From: a virus
Lineage: Duplodnaviria; Caudoviricetes
Strand: one strand, 5' to 3'
Length of the DNA stretch: 64,000 nucleotides
IMG/VR virus record: IMGVR_UViG_2974655483_000001
Coordinates: 32,001 to 96,000 of that record
Shown here: positions 8,150-15,427 of the stretch, piece by piece
Layout of the letters: each line of letters starts with the position of its first letter
How positions within the stretch are numbered: the stretch's first letter is position 1
The notes under the pieces: generated by a model
Told to the model about the DNA's origin: nothing
What the model saw: only the letters and a program-made list of their open reading frames with translations
Databases searched by the model: none
Made by a program: the position numbers and the translations under genes

Positions 8150-8223
8150 GTGACAATCGCTGAACTGGTCTGGACCCCTTGACGGGGGTCTATTTTTATG
8201 CCATACTATAAGAGTCAAAGGAA
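8150..8223 (+). promoter_or_regulatory. Early-promoter cassette copy 6 with terminator-like hairpin
   Basis: 64/74 identical to copy 3; TTGACG 8179-8184, 17 bp, CATACT 8202-8207. Confidence 0.85.
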
Positions 8224-8232
8224 CGCCATTCA

Positions 8233-9471
8233 ATGCAACTCCGTCCCCACCAGCAACGCGCATTCGATGCCATGCAGGCAAACGACTGTGGGCAGGTGAT
8301 CATCCCTACGGGTGGTGGCAAGACTTACATCATGATCGCAGATGCTCTGCATCGTGCTGCACAGGGTCAAACGATTGTTGTTGTTGCTCCACGCATCTTG
8401 CTCGCTAATCAACTCTGTGAGGAGTTTATGGAGCACATCAGTGGCACTTGGACGCATGTCTGTCATGCACATAGCGGAGAGACTCACTACTTCAGCAGCA
8501 CAAAACCTGAGAAGATTGCACTCTTCAATGATACTGCACGGGCAGCGGGTGAGAGTTGCATTATATTCACCACCTATCATTCTCTGCACCGCGTTGTAGA
8601 TAGTGGCATCAATATTGACACTATCTATTTCGATGAAGCACACAATGGTTGTGGTCGTCACTTCCACAAAGCAGTATTTGCCACGGCACAGTATGCCAAG
8701 CGTCGTTACTATTTCACTGCTACCCCTAAGAATGGTCGTGGTGTGAGTCTTTCGCGTGGCATGAATAACACCTCTGTTTATGGTCGCACTCTGTGCAATG
8801 TGCCTGCTGCTGAGTTGATCGCTGCTGGTGCAATCGTGCCCCCTAAAGTTGTTGCTTTTGAGACGAGTCGTACTCGTAACAAGTACAACGCACACGAGGT
8901 TGATGGTGACAACCTGAAGGATATGTTCGAGCAACTCGATGTATTCCAGAACCCTAAAGTCTTGGTGGCAGCACCATCTAGCAAGGTTCTGGGTAACATG
9001 CTCGGACAGACTGACATCCTTGAGTATTTCTATCGCAAGGGATATGACGTGATGCACATCACCTCTAAGTTTGGTGCTATCATCAACGACAAGAAAGTAG
9101 GACGCGAGGAGTTCTTCAACACGCTGCAATCGTGGGGTGCTGATGACTCTAAGAAGTTTGTTATCTTTCACTATTCCATTCTGTCTGAGGGTATCAATGT
9201 GCCAGGTCTGACGCATACAATCTTGCTGCGTAATCTGCCCATCGTAGAGATGGCACAGACAATCGGTCGTGTTATCCGTGTCCACCAAGATGACCGCGCT
9301 GCTGTTGCTGAGGGTCGCATTCCTGCTGGTGCGTTTCATCTTTACAAGAAGTCTGAAGGTATTGTTACCATGCCAACAGGTTACAAGATGGGTAACGCTA
9401 TCGCTCAAAGATTGCAGAATGTTGTTAACGCTATCTTCATCGAAGGTATTCCTCCCGTCGCATTCTGCTAA
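8233..9471 (+). CDS. Superfamily 2 DEAH-type helicase (type III restriction Res-like)
   Basis: Q motif LRPHQ, PTGGGKT, FDEAH, TATP, LSEGINVP, QTIGRVIR. Confidence 0.92.
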   Translation: MQLRPHQQRAFDAMQANDCGQVIIPTGGGKTYIMIADALHRAAQGQTIVVVAPRILLANQLCEEFMEHISGTWTHVCHAHSGETHYFSSTKPEKIALFNDTARAAGESCIIFTTYHSLHRVVDSGINIDTIYFDEAHNGCGRHFHKAVFATAQYAKRRYYFTATPKNGRGVSLSRGMNNTSVYGRTLCNVPAAELIAAGAIVPPKVVAFETSRTRNKYNAHEVDGDNLKDMFEQLDVFQNPKVLVAAPSSKVLGNMLGQTDILEYFYRKGYDVMHITSKFGAIINDKKVGREEFFNTLQSWGADDSKKFVIFHYSILSEGINVPGLTHTILLRNLPIVEMAQTIGRVIRVHQDDRAAVAEGRIPAGAFHLYKKSEGIVTMPTGYKMGNAIAQRLQNVVNAIFIEGIPPVAFC

Positions 9472-9698
9472 TGTCTGATTATGTTTTTGACCGAGATGAT
9501 TGGGAAATGGTTTTTGAAGCAATATGTTTCTATGACATGCACAAGGAGGAAGATTCATTTAATGATAAACAAGACTTAGCATGGAGAACACTTTACGATG
9601 AATGTCAGTATCAACTATATGGAGAACCTGATATCGTTTTTGCTGCCGCGCTGGCAAAAAGGGCACAATCAAAACTTAAACCTTCGCAGTGGGCATAA
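9471..9698 (+). CDS. Hypothetical acidic protein
   Basis: 75 aa; TAATG coupling on both sides. Confidence 0.7.
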   Translation: MSDYVFDRDDWEMVFEAICFYDMHKEEDSFNDKQDLAWRTLYDECQYQLYGEPDIVFAAALAKRAQSKLKPSQWA

Positions 9699-9886
9699 TG
9701 ACACCAACAACTGACTCCACTTGGTTTACACACACATCCGACAAATTGTATGATCGGCACTATTACACAATCGACAAAAAACGATTCGATGACTATGACC
9801 AACTCAGAGCATATTGGTTCCAAATTCCTATCACTAATCAAACTGTGATTGTTCATGACTATAAAAAGAAGAAGGGGTTTAGTTAG
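9698..9886 (+). CDS. Hypothetical cyanophage protein
   Basis: MTPTTDSTWFTHTSDKLYDRHYY...KKKGFS. Confidence 0.7.
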   Translation: MTPTTDSTWFTHTSDKLYDRHYYTIDKKRFDDYDQLRAYWFQIPITNQTVIVHDYKKKKGFS

Positions 9887-10042
9887 TATCACTTAGTCTT
9901 TTTTCCATAACGAGAGCGGGAGGCATGACCAAACACACCTGACGGACAGAATTATGCAAAAAACAGGTCTTTGCTCTAGTGGTGGCAAGGGTTCTCAAGG
10001 CATGACAGCGACAGGATGACAGCATACCACCAACCAACCCAA

Positions 10043-10114
10043 ACCAGTTGGCGAACTGGTCAAAACCCCTTGCCAAATGCCTCAAAATCTGCAATACTAT
10101 AAGAGTCAAAGGAA
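10043..10114 (+). promoter_or_regulatory. Early-promoter cassette copy 7
   Basis: ACCAGTTGGCGAACTGGT; TTGCCA 10070-10075, 17 bp, AATACT 10093-10098; ATAAGAGTCAAAGGAA. Confidence 0.85.
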
Positions 10115-10121
10115 CAGCACC

Positions 10122-10295
10122 ATGCGAACCGTCACCAAAGTCCAAGCACTAGAGCAATTCCGTTACAACTGGATGGCAACCAAATCAACAGATAATGTCG
10201 CAAAGCGTGAGGCATGGGGTATCTTCACTGATGAACTTTGCCGTGAGGGTTATATCACCATGAAAAAGTACGAGTCCTGGAGCAACCCTTTTTGA
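10122..10295 (+). CDS. Small hypothetical early protein
   Basis: MRTVTKVQALEQF...EGYITMKKYESWSNPF; ATG after the cassette leader. Confidence 0.75.
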   Translation: MRTVTKVQALEQFRYNWMATKSTDNVAKREAWGIFTDELCREGYITMKKYESWSNPF

Positions 10296-10510
10296 TGAAG
10301 ATTGACACGGTTGGTAGAGTCATAGGATCATTTCTTGTGGTCACTGCATATTTCATCATCCTACATGTTAACATATCATTAGGGGTGATTATGCAGTTTG
10401 TTGGTGATGCTATCTCCGTGCCATTCTTCATCCGAACTAAATCTTGGGATGTTGTAATCATGCTCGCGTTCCTGTTAATCATCTCATCTACTAAATTGCT
10501 ACCGAACTAA
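10295..10510 (+). CDS. Small membrane protein (about 3 transmembrane helices)
   Basis: Three hydrophobic segments in 71 aa; coupled start. Confidence 0.75.
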   Translation: MKIDTVGRVIGSFLVVTAYFIILHVNISLGVIMQFVGDAISVPFFIRTKSWDVVIMLAFLLIISSTKLLPN

Positions 10511-10554
10511 TGTCTTGGGGTCTCATTCCATGGTCACGTCTTAAACACAGAAAA

Positions 10555-10728
10555 ATGACTTATCTTCAACTTCTAGAACAACTTCAGTGCTGCTCAAAAG
10601 AAACTCTACAGCAAACTGTGACGCTGTATAGTATCAAAAATGACGAGTTTACTCCCGCTTATATGACAGATTACACTGACAGTGAGGAACAAGTTCTCGA
10701 CCCTAATCATTTTGTAATTACTTTCTGA
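10555..10728 (+). CDS. Hypothetical protein (start may be 10510)
   Basis: MTYLQLLEQLQCCSKETLQQTVT...LDPNHFVITF. Confidence 0.65.
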   Translation: MTYLQLLEQLQCCSKETLQQTVTLYSIKNDEFTPAYMTDYTDSEEQVLDPNHFVITF

Positions 10729-10964
10729 TGACCGAATTTACTCCTCCTGATAATGCTGAACTCATTGATGATGTATTTTATGTTTGGAAGTCTCGGTATG
10801 GACTATACTCAACAGCAACAAAAGAAGGTCGCCAGATGATGACTGGTGCCACTAAAGATGGTGTTACTCTCATGACAAGATGGCATCTTAAGTGTGAACA
10901 AGATGGCACACTTGAACAATACACAAGAGTTGTAGGATCCTCCGTTGTGAGTGGTAAACTATGA
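10728..10964 (+). CDS. Hypothetical cyanophage protein
   Basis: 78 aa, coupled on both sides. Confidence 0.75.
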   Translation: MTEFTPPDNAELIDDVFYVWKSRYGLYSTATKEGRQMMTGATKDGVTLMTRWHLKCEQDGTLEQYTRVVGSSVVSGKL

Positions 10965-11248
10965 CCGAACTTCCTGTCGATTTTGTTCATGATGCTCCAA
11001 AGGGTTACTCTTATGAGGTTGAAGATTTCAAGCGAAATGTCGTTTCTATTTGGTTACTTCATCATCAAATCTTTTCTTATACTAGTGATCCTGTTCGTAC
11101 AATCTGGGGTTTCTACAACACAAAGAAACGGGAGTATTTTGCACCCATCAACTCAAAGAAGTGTGGAAGCAAAGTAATCATAACTGACACGACTCCGTAT
11201 ACATCCATGAAGGTCAATCGTAGGGGGTTAGAGATACTTTGGATGTGA
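10961..11248 (+). CDS. Hypothetical cyanophage protein
   Basis: 95 aa; ATGA overlap. Confidence 0.75.
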   Translation: MTELPVDFVHDAPKGYSYEVEDFKRNVVSIWLLHHQIFSYTSDPVRTIWGFYNTKKREYFAPINSKKCGSKVIITDTTPYTSMKVNRRGLEILWM

Positions 11249-11251
11249 TGG

Positions 11252-11330
11252 GTGTGCCAGTCCCCTAAAGTGGCACACAGGCGCTTGTAAAGGGGTCTCA
11301 AAGGTGCAATACTATAAGAGTCAAAGGAAA
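11252..11330 (+). promoter_or_regulatory. Early-promoter cassette copy 8
   Basis: GTGTGCCA-N11-TGGCACAC; TTGTAA 11285-11290, 17 bp, AATACT 11308-11313; ATAAGAGTCAAAGGAA. Confidence 0.85.
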
Positions 11331-11339
11331 CGAACTCAA

Positions 11340-11546
11340 ATGCTTTTCAAAGGTCCAAACGGTTCAACCTGCTCCACTCTCAGCGGTCCCCAAATCATCG
11401 CACTATCTAACACCGATGAATTCATTGAAAACACCAAAATCGTTGCTGAAAAAACTGGGTCAATGGATCTCTGGCGTGAAATGTTCGGTGATGATGATGG
11501 CATCGGACAGGACTCTGCCTTTATGGATGACAACTTCGGAGGGTAA
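11340..11546 (+). CDS. Hypothetical protein
   Basis: ATG 11340 after the cassette leader. Confidence 0.7.
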   Translation: MLFKGPNGSTCSTLSGPQIIALSNTDEFIENTKIVAEKTGSMDLWREMFGDDDGIGQDSAFMDDNFGG

Positions 11547-11587
11547 CTTCGACAACTAAGTAAAACACACTCACTTCACTAACTAAC

Positions 11588-11824
11588 ATGTTTGACACCA
11601 CTCTTGACCTCTTCGCATTCAACGAGACTGACGATCGTGATGACATGATTGATACTATGGCAGAGACTTATTTCAAAGCAATGACAACATTGGCAGCAGA
11701 TAACCGCAACTTTGATGCAATCGCCTGCTATGAGGAGTGGGTTGTTGATGGTGTAGACCCTCAAGATGGTGGTGTAGAGATATTCTTCGCACCTGATCTT
11801 ACACGCGAAAGAGAAGAGAATTAA
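11588..11824 (+). CDS. Very acidic hypothetical protein
   Basis: 78-aa ORF, Asp/Glu-rich. Confidence 0.7.
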   Translation: MFDTTLDLFAFNETDDRDDMIDTMAETYFKAMTTLAADNRNFDAIACYEEWVVDGVDPQDGGVEIFFAPDLTREREEN

Positions 11825-11831
11825 AGTCCGC

Positions 11832-11903
11832 GTGTGCCAGTTCCCAAAGAGCACACCATCGCTTGATTTCCGCACCGATTGGTGCAATACTATAAGAGTC
11901 AAA
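11832..11903 (+). promoter_or_regulatory. Early-promoter cassette copy 9
   Basis: GTGTGCCAGTT...GAGCACAC; TTGATT 11863-11868, 17 bp, AATACT 11886-11891; ATAAGAGTCAAA. Confidence 0.8.
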
Positions 11904-11915
11904 CAAACACACCTC

Positions 11916-12188
11916 ATGCAACTCTCAAACTCCGTCTGTATCGTTGATTTCTTCCCTGAGGCATTCATTGCTGAGTCAGATGATATCAAAGGCATGAAAG
12001 TTACAGTTCGTCGTTTTAACAAGCGTGTGACATTCATTGATAACGGTGCTAAGTCTTATAGCACTGTGACAGCACTCACAGCACGTAATGAGTGGATGGA
12101 GCGTATTGCTAGCGGTGCAACAGTTACTGACTACCACACCGACAAAATGCCTCGCTCTGAGTATGCTCCCATGGCATGTGTGGGGTGA
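11916..12188 (+). CDS. Hypothetical cyanophage early protein
   Basis: MQLSNSVCIVDFFPEAFIAE...; ATG after the cassette. Confidence 0.75.
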   Translation: MQLSNSVCIVDFFPEAFIAESDDIKGMKVTVRRFNKRVTFIDNGAKSYSTVTALTARNEWMERIASGATVTDYHTDKMPRSEYAPMACVG

Positions 12189-12223
12189 TTCCCCTCACTC
12201 ACTGCAAACCCTTATCTAACATC

Positions 12224-12391
12224 ATGCTCAAAACACAACTACTCAAAGTCGTCGGTGAAACTGCAAACAGCGTTGATACTAAAATGACACGATTGGAAAA
12301 GTTTGAAGTATTCTGTCGCGTGTGTGATGGGTTACTTGAAGATGGTCGAATCAGTTCTGCTAAACATTACGCATGGACCAACGTATTCTAA
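12224..12391 (+). CDS. Small hypothetical protein, probable paralogue of 10122..10295
   Basis: C-terminus CDGLLEDGRISSAKHYAWTNVF. Confidence 0.7.
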   Translation: MLKTQLLKVVGETANSVDTKMTRLEKFEVFCRVCDGLLEDGRISSAKHYAWTNVF

Positions 12392-12433
12392 CTCCTAACT
12401 AACTCCAAATCTCATCCAAATTAGGACTAAATC

Positions 12434-12724
12434 ATGAATTACACTCTCAAGCAACTTCAAGACCGTGTTAATAGTATGATCAAAGAACAGGGAGAAGATG
12501 CAGAATGTGCAGCATGGATTTATACCAAGCATGATTGTCATCTAAAGGATGAAGATGGTGAGACTGATTATGACAATAATGTAGAAGATCCTGAAGTTCT
12601 TGCACGCATCTTCTATCAAGTTGGTGATTCTGATTACATCTATCAGTGCATTCAAGATGAAGTGGATGAAGCAACAGAGGAGCAACTTGTGCAGTATCAG
12701 CAAGAGTTAGTGGAGGTAAAATGA
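12434..12724 (+). CDS. Acidic hypothetical protein
   Basis: 96 aa, AGGA ribosome-binding site. Confidence 0.75.
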   Translation: MNYTLKQLQDRVNSMIKEQGEDAECAAWIYTKHDCHLKDEDGETDYDNNVEDPEVLARIFYQVGDSDYIYQCIQDEVDEATEEQLVQYQQELVEVK

Positions 12725-12855
12725 GAATTACGCAATACTTACTCAGTGGCATCTTTGTCGTTGTTGGTATCACTTGTTATCTGATATTCTTAGCAGAACG
12801 TGATACTAAGATGATGAACTACTACGATTCAACTACTATTCAGGGGGCACGATGA
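12721..12855 (+). CDS. Small single-pass membrane protein (44 aa)
   Basis: MRITQYLLSGIFVVVGITCYLIFLAERDTKMMNYYDSTTIQGAR; GGAGGT ribosome-binding site. Confidence 0.65.
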   Translation: MRITQYLLSGIFVVVGITCYLIFLAERDTKMMNYYDSTTIQGAR

Positions 12856-13055
12856 ACTACACTAAAGAACAACTGATTGAGGCACTCTGTCGTGAATATG
12901 ATTACCTCTGTCATGATGATTATGATCCTGAGGTTGATGATACTCCAGAAGAATATCGTCTCAGACTTGAATGCTACTCTCTTGAAGAGTTAGTAGAAGA
13001 TACATGCACGGGCGAAGGTTACACACTTGACGAATTCATGGAGAACTGGAACTAA
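12852..13055 (+). CDS. Very acidic hypothetical protein
   Basis: 67 aa, coupled on both sides. Confidence 0.75.
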   Translation: MNYTKEQLIEALCREYDYLCHDDYDPEVDDTPEEYRLRLECYSLEELVEDTCTGEGYTLDEFMENWN

Positions 13056-13231
13056 TGGACAAGATTGATACACAGGGCATGAGTCTTCCTGGTGATGGTA
13101 ATACTAACTCACAGCGTGAGTATCCTCCAATGCCAGTAAGAAAGCGCACTATCTTCACAGCAGAAGAGAGAATAGAACTCAAAGAGATAATTAACGAAGC
13201 ACTCGATGAGCGTAACGACGCCAGACGATAA
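13055..13231 (+). CDS. Hypothetical protein (58 aa)
   Basis: MDKIDTQGMSLPGDG...IFTAEERIELKEIINEALDERNDARR; TAATG coupling. Confidence 0.65.
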   Translation: MDKIDTQGMSLPGDGNTNSQREYPPMPVRKRTIFTAEERIELKEIINEALDERNDARR

Positions 13232-13245
13232 CCGCAAGATCCCTT

Positions 13246-13304
13246 GTGCCAGTTGGTCAAAGTGTCCACTATCGCTTGCAATTCGCCCGATTCTCTGCCA
13301 TACT
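13246..13304 (+). promoter_or_regulatory. Early-promoter cassette copy 10
   Basis: GTGCCAGTTGGTCAAAGTGTCCAC; TTGCAA 13276-13281, 17 bp, CATACT 13299-13304. Confidence 0.8.
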
Positions 13305-13331
13305 AACAGTATGGAAATCAAGGAAACCAAC

Positions 13332-13535
13332 ATGACTGCCAACAAAATGCTTCTCAACAATCCTTCTTTCGTCAACGCCCTTCGTGGTCTGCAATCTTTC
13401 GTGATGGAAACAGGTGCCGACGTTGATATGGCGTTTGATTGGGTATGCGACCAGGCAGAAATCAACTCCTTTGCAGGTGATTTAGATGCCTTCTCTTGCT
13501 TCTATGATGTATACTGCGATGCCGCAAATGATTGA
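13332..13535 (+). CDS. Hypothetical protein
   Basis: ATG 13332 after AAGGAA. Confidence 0.7.
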   Translation: MTANKMLLNNPSFVNALRGLQSFVMETGADVDMAFDWVCDQAEINSFAGDLDAFSCFYDVYCDAAND

Positions 13536-13587
13536 TATCTTTCACAACTCCTTACAACAACTTACAGATCTTTCTATCTACAAACCT

Positions 13588-13767
13588 ATGACTACTGGCA
13601 ACCCTTACACTGATACCCTGCTCGAAATGGGTTATGACAGACAAGACATCGAAGTTGCAGGCGCTATGTTTCAAAAGCATACGTTCCCATGTGTTATCCA
13701 TGGTCGTCAATTTGACACTGAAGAGCAATACTTTGCTGAACTACATGAGTATATGAATGGCATGTAA
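13588..13767 (+). CDS. Hypothetical protein
   Basis: MTTGNPYTDTLLEMGYDRQDIE... Confidence 0.65.
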   Translation: MTTGNPYTDTLLEMGYDRQDIEVAGAMFQKHTFPCVIHGRQFDTEEQYFAELHEYMNGM

Positions 13768-13822
13768 TTGAAGCGTTTATCTGATACTAATCGCTTCACA
13801 TTCTTTACTAAATCTTTTCCTC

Positions 13823-13954
13823 ATGCGTATTGCTCTTGCTGCTATCATCGTCCTTTGTGGTGCTAACTTACTCATTGAGTTGCTAGATTCATCCATGGTT
13901 GATGTTATTAAAGAAAGGAACGAAACGATCCAACGCCAAATCGACGCCATGTGA
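13823..13954 (+). CDS. Small membrane-anchored protein (43 aa)
   Basis: MRIALAAIIVLCGANLLIELLDSSMVDVIKERNETIQRQIDAM; stop inside the next cassette. Confidence 0.65.
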   Translation: MRIALAAIIVLCGANLLIELLDSSMVDVIKERNETIQRQIDAM

Positions 13955-14018
13955 CAATCAGGGAACTGTACCCAATATCGGGTTTTACCGTTGCGCCACC
14001 CTCCAAAACTGCTACAAT
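13951..14018 (+). promoter_or_regulatory. Early-promoter cassette copy 11 (divergent)
   Basis: GTGACAATCAGGGAACTGTAC; TTGCGC 13991-13996, 16 bp, TGc-TACAAT 14013-14018. Confidence 0.65.
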
Positions 14019-14072
14019 ACAGACAAGCGGGAAACGAAACGAAACCGCCTCTCAACCTTTTCTCTTCTCATC

Positions 14073-14420
14073 ATGCGTAAGATTGAATCCCAAATGTGTG
14101 CCGCTGTCCAGTCCTCCTCCAACTGGACTAGCAGCAATACGGCAGTTTATTTTGATGAGACGACTAGCACCTCTGTCGTTCGCCTGCATGGCAATAAGAT
14201 TGCTGAGATCACAGACGACACCATGACCATTTTCGATGGCGGTTGGCAGTCAACTACAACCAAATCCAGATTAAATGCACTATGTGATGAATTCTGTGTT
14301 GCTGGTGAAGGTGTATTCCAAAAGAATTACAAGTGGTTTGTAAGAAAGTTCACTGCACAACTAGGCACTGAAAAAGTATTCACTACAGAAGAATTCACCA
14401 ACGGTTACATCTTCGCATGA
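14073..14420 (+). CDS. Conserved-type phage hypothetical protein
   Basis: MRKIESQMCAAV...LHGNKIAEI...FDGGWQSTTTKSRLNAL...FQKNYKWF. Confidence 0.8.
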   Translation: MRKIESQMCAAVQSSSNWTSSNTAVYFDETTSTSVVRLHGNKIAEITDDTMTIFDGGWQSTTTKSRLNALCDEFCVAGEGVFQKNYKWFVRKFTAQLGTEKVFTTEEFTNGYIFA

Positions 14421-14494
14421 TTAAAACTAAGAAAGAGTGGGCAAAGACCTACGCTAACTTCTATTCAATCGTTCTAATCCTCATCCTCTTATGA
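14417..14494 (+). CDS. 25-aa hydrophobic peptide
   Basis: MIKTKKEWAKTYANFYSIVLILILL; ATGA overlaps at both ends. Confidence 0.45.
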   Translation: MIKTKKEWAKTYANFYSIVLILILL

Positions 14495-14709
14495 TCATTA
14501 AAGTTTCTCGCTCTACACGTAAGAAGAACACAATCGAGACCTTTGTATCATTCCCATCTAATACTTCCTTTCAAACTGCATATCGCCTCCTAGGTAATCG
14601 TTCTAATGGTATTAACATTAAACGTGCCACTATCTCTCAAGTAACACAAAATCAAGTCACCAAACATATCAAATACTATGATTTCGCAACGCATCAAGTA
14701 GTACGCTAA
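14491..14709 (+). CDS. Basic hypothetical protein
   Basis: 72-aa ORF. Confidence 0.6.
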   Translation: MIIKVSRSTRKKNTIETFVSFPSNTSFQTAYRLLGNRSNGINIKRATISQVTQNQVTKHIKYYDFATHQVVR

Positions 14710-14729
14710 CTATCTCTACAATCTATTAC

Positions 14730-14990
14730 TTTTCCACAGATGAAAGACTTTACTAAGGGACAACAAGTTACTTACAATCAGTTCCAAGGTAAAGTAAACT
14801 TTATAGGTGATCACTATGTAACCCTTACTATAAGGGAATGGGATAAAACCCCGCAGGAACAAAGAAACGCTAAACATAACACTCACCAAGTCAACTTATG
14901 TGTATACAGAGAACATTGGAAAGATATACATTTAGTCCCTCCACAGGTTAATAATACTTTTTCCACAGATAATGCGGAAATTGTGGAAAA
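14730..14990. other. Cluster of cyanobacterial-type DnaA boxes (candidate origin element)
   Basis: Perfect TTTTCCACA at 14730-14738 (+), 14959-14967 (+) and 14982-14990 (-). Confidence 0.55.
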
Positions 14991-14997
14991 CTATTAA
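14740..14997 (+). CDS. Hypothetical protein
   Basis: 85-aa ORF; its 3' end overlaps the DnaA-box-like cluster. Confidence 0.65.
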   Translation: MKDFTKGQQVTYNQFQGKVNFIGDHYVTLTIREWDKTPQEQRNAKHNTHQVNLCVYREHWKDIHLVPPQVNNTFSTDNAEIVENY

Positions 14998-15046
14998 TAA
15001 ATCTATTTGTGTTACTTATATGCCTTAAAGGTGCTCTGGAGATGTA

Positions 15047-15075
15047 GTCTTAGCACGCTCCCTAACAGTTGTCAA
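15047..15075 (-). promoter_or_regulatory. Leftward sigma70-like promoter
   Basis: Minus strand TTGACA (15075-15070), 17 bp, TGc-TAAGAC(T); -10 is imperfect. Confidence 0.45.
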
Positions 15076-15149
15076 CCCCTCTGAAATACTCGGAGAATAC
15101 TCTCATCACCATTGCTAATCATTCCCCTCTGAGGGTCATACAGAGGCAC

Positions 15150-15178
15150 TTGACAAACTATCAAATAGATGGTACAAT
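15150..15178 (+). promoter_or_regulatory. Near-consensus sigma70 promoter
   Basis: TTGACA-17 bp-TACAAT with extended -10 TG. Confidence 0.85.
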
Positions 15179-15222
15179 AACCTTGTAGAGGTTCAGAAAC
15201 ACTCCTTGTATCTTTGAGACTT

Positions 15223-15426
15223 ATGCATTACCTTATCTACGACAACACAGAGACACTTAGAGCAACATTCGTAAGTGTCTATGATCTCGAGAAGTTCATC
15301 GATGGTATTAGAAACTCTCGGGGAGATAGTTACCCAAATACTCCGAGAATGTCTACCTTTGATTACATCAAGACTATCGGATGGTACTGGGAGGTTGTTG
15401 ACAAATCAGCAGAGGTTAGTGTATAA
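15223..15426 (+). CDS. Hypothetical protein
   Basis: MHYLIYDNTETLRATFVSVYDLEKFIDG...; downstream of a strong promoter. Confidence 0.65.
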   Translation: MHYLIYDNTETLRATFVSVYDLEKFIDGIRNSRGDSYPNTPRMSTFDYIKTIGWYWEVVDKSAEVSV

Positions 15427-15427
15427 T
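15398..15427 (+). promoter_or_regulatory. Consensus sigma70 promoter
   Basis: TTGACA-18 bp-TATAAT. Confidence 0.75.

Noticed and set aside
8230-9558. 442-aa antisense ORF opposite the helicase
   Set aside because: In-register shadow of the helicase codons; no recognisable motifs, and no minus-strand promoter or RBS seen
9879-10145. Minus-strand 88-aa ORF across the intergenic gap
   Set aside because: Runs antisense through a promoter cassette and a gene start; composition is not protein-like
5355-11342. N-terminal extensions such as MPYYKSQRK / MQYYKSQRK shared by several ORF-track proteins
   Set aside because: Translations of the conserved promoter/leader DNA upstream of the likely TSS, not a shared protein motif
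3041-14018. Repeated palindromes as a CRISPR array or true integron
   Set aside because: Spacing is hundreds to thousands of bp with whole genes between; repeats are divergent and contain promoters; no cas or integrase gene and no attC RYYYAAC/GTTRRRY ends
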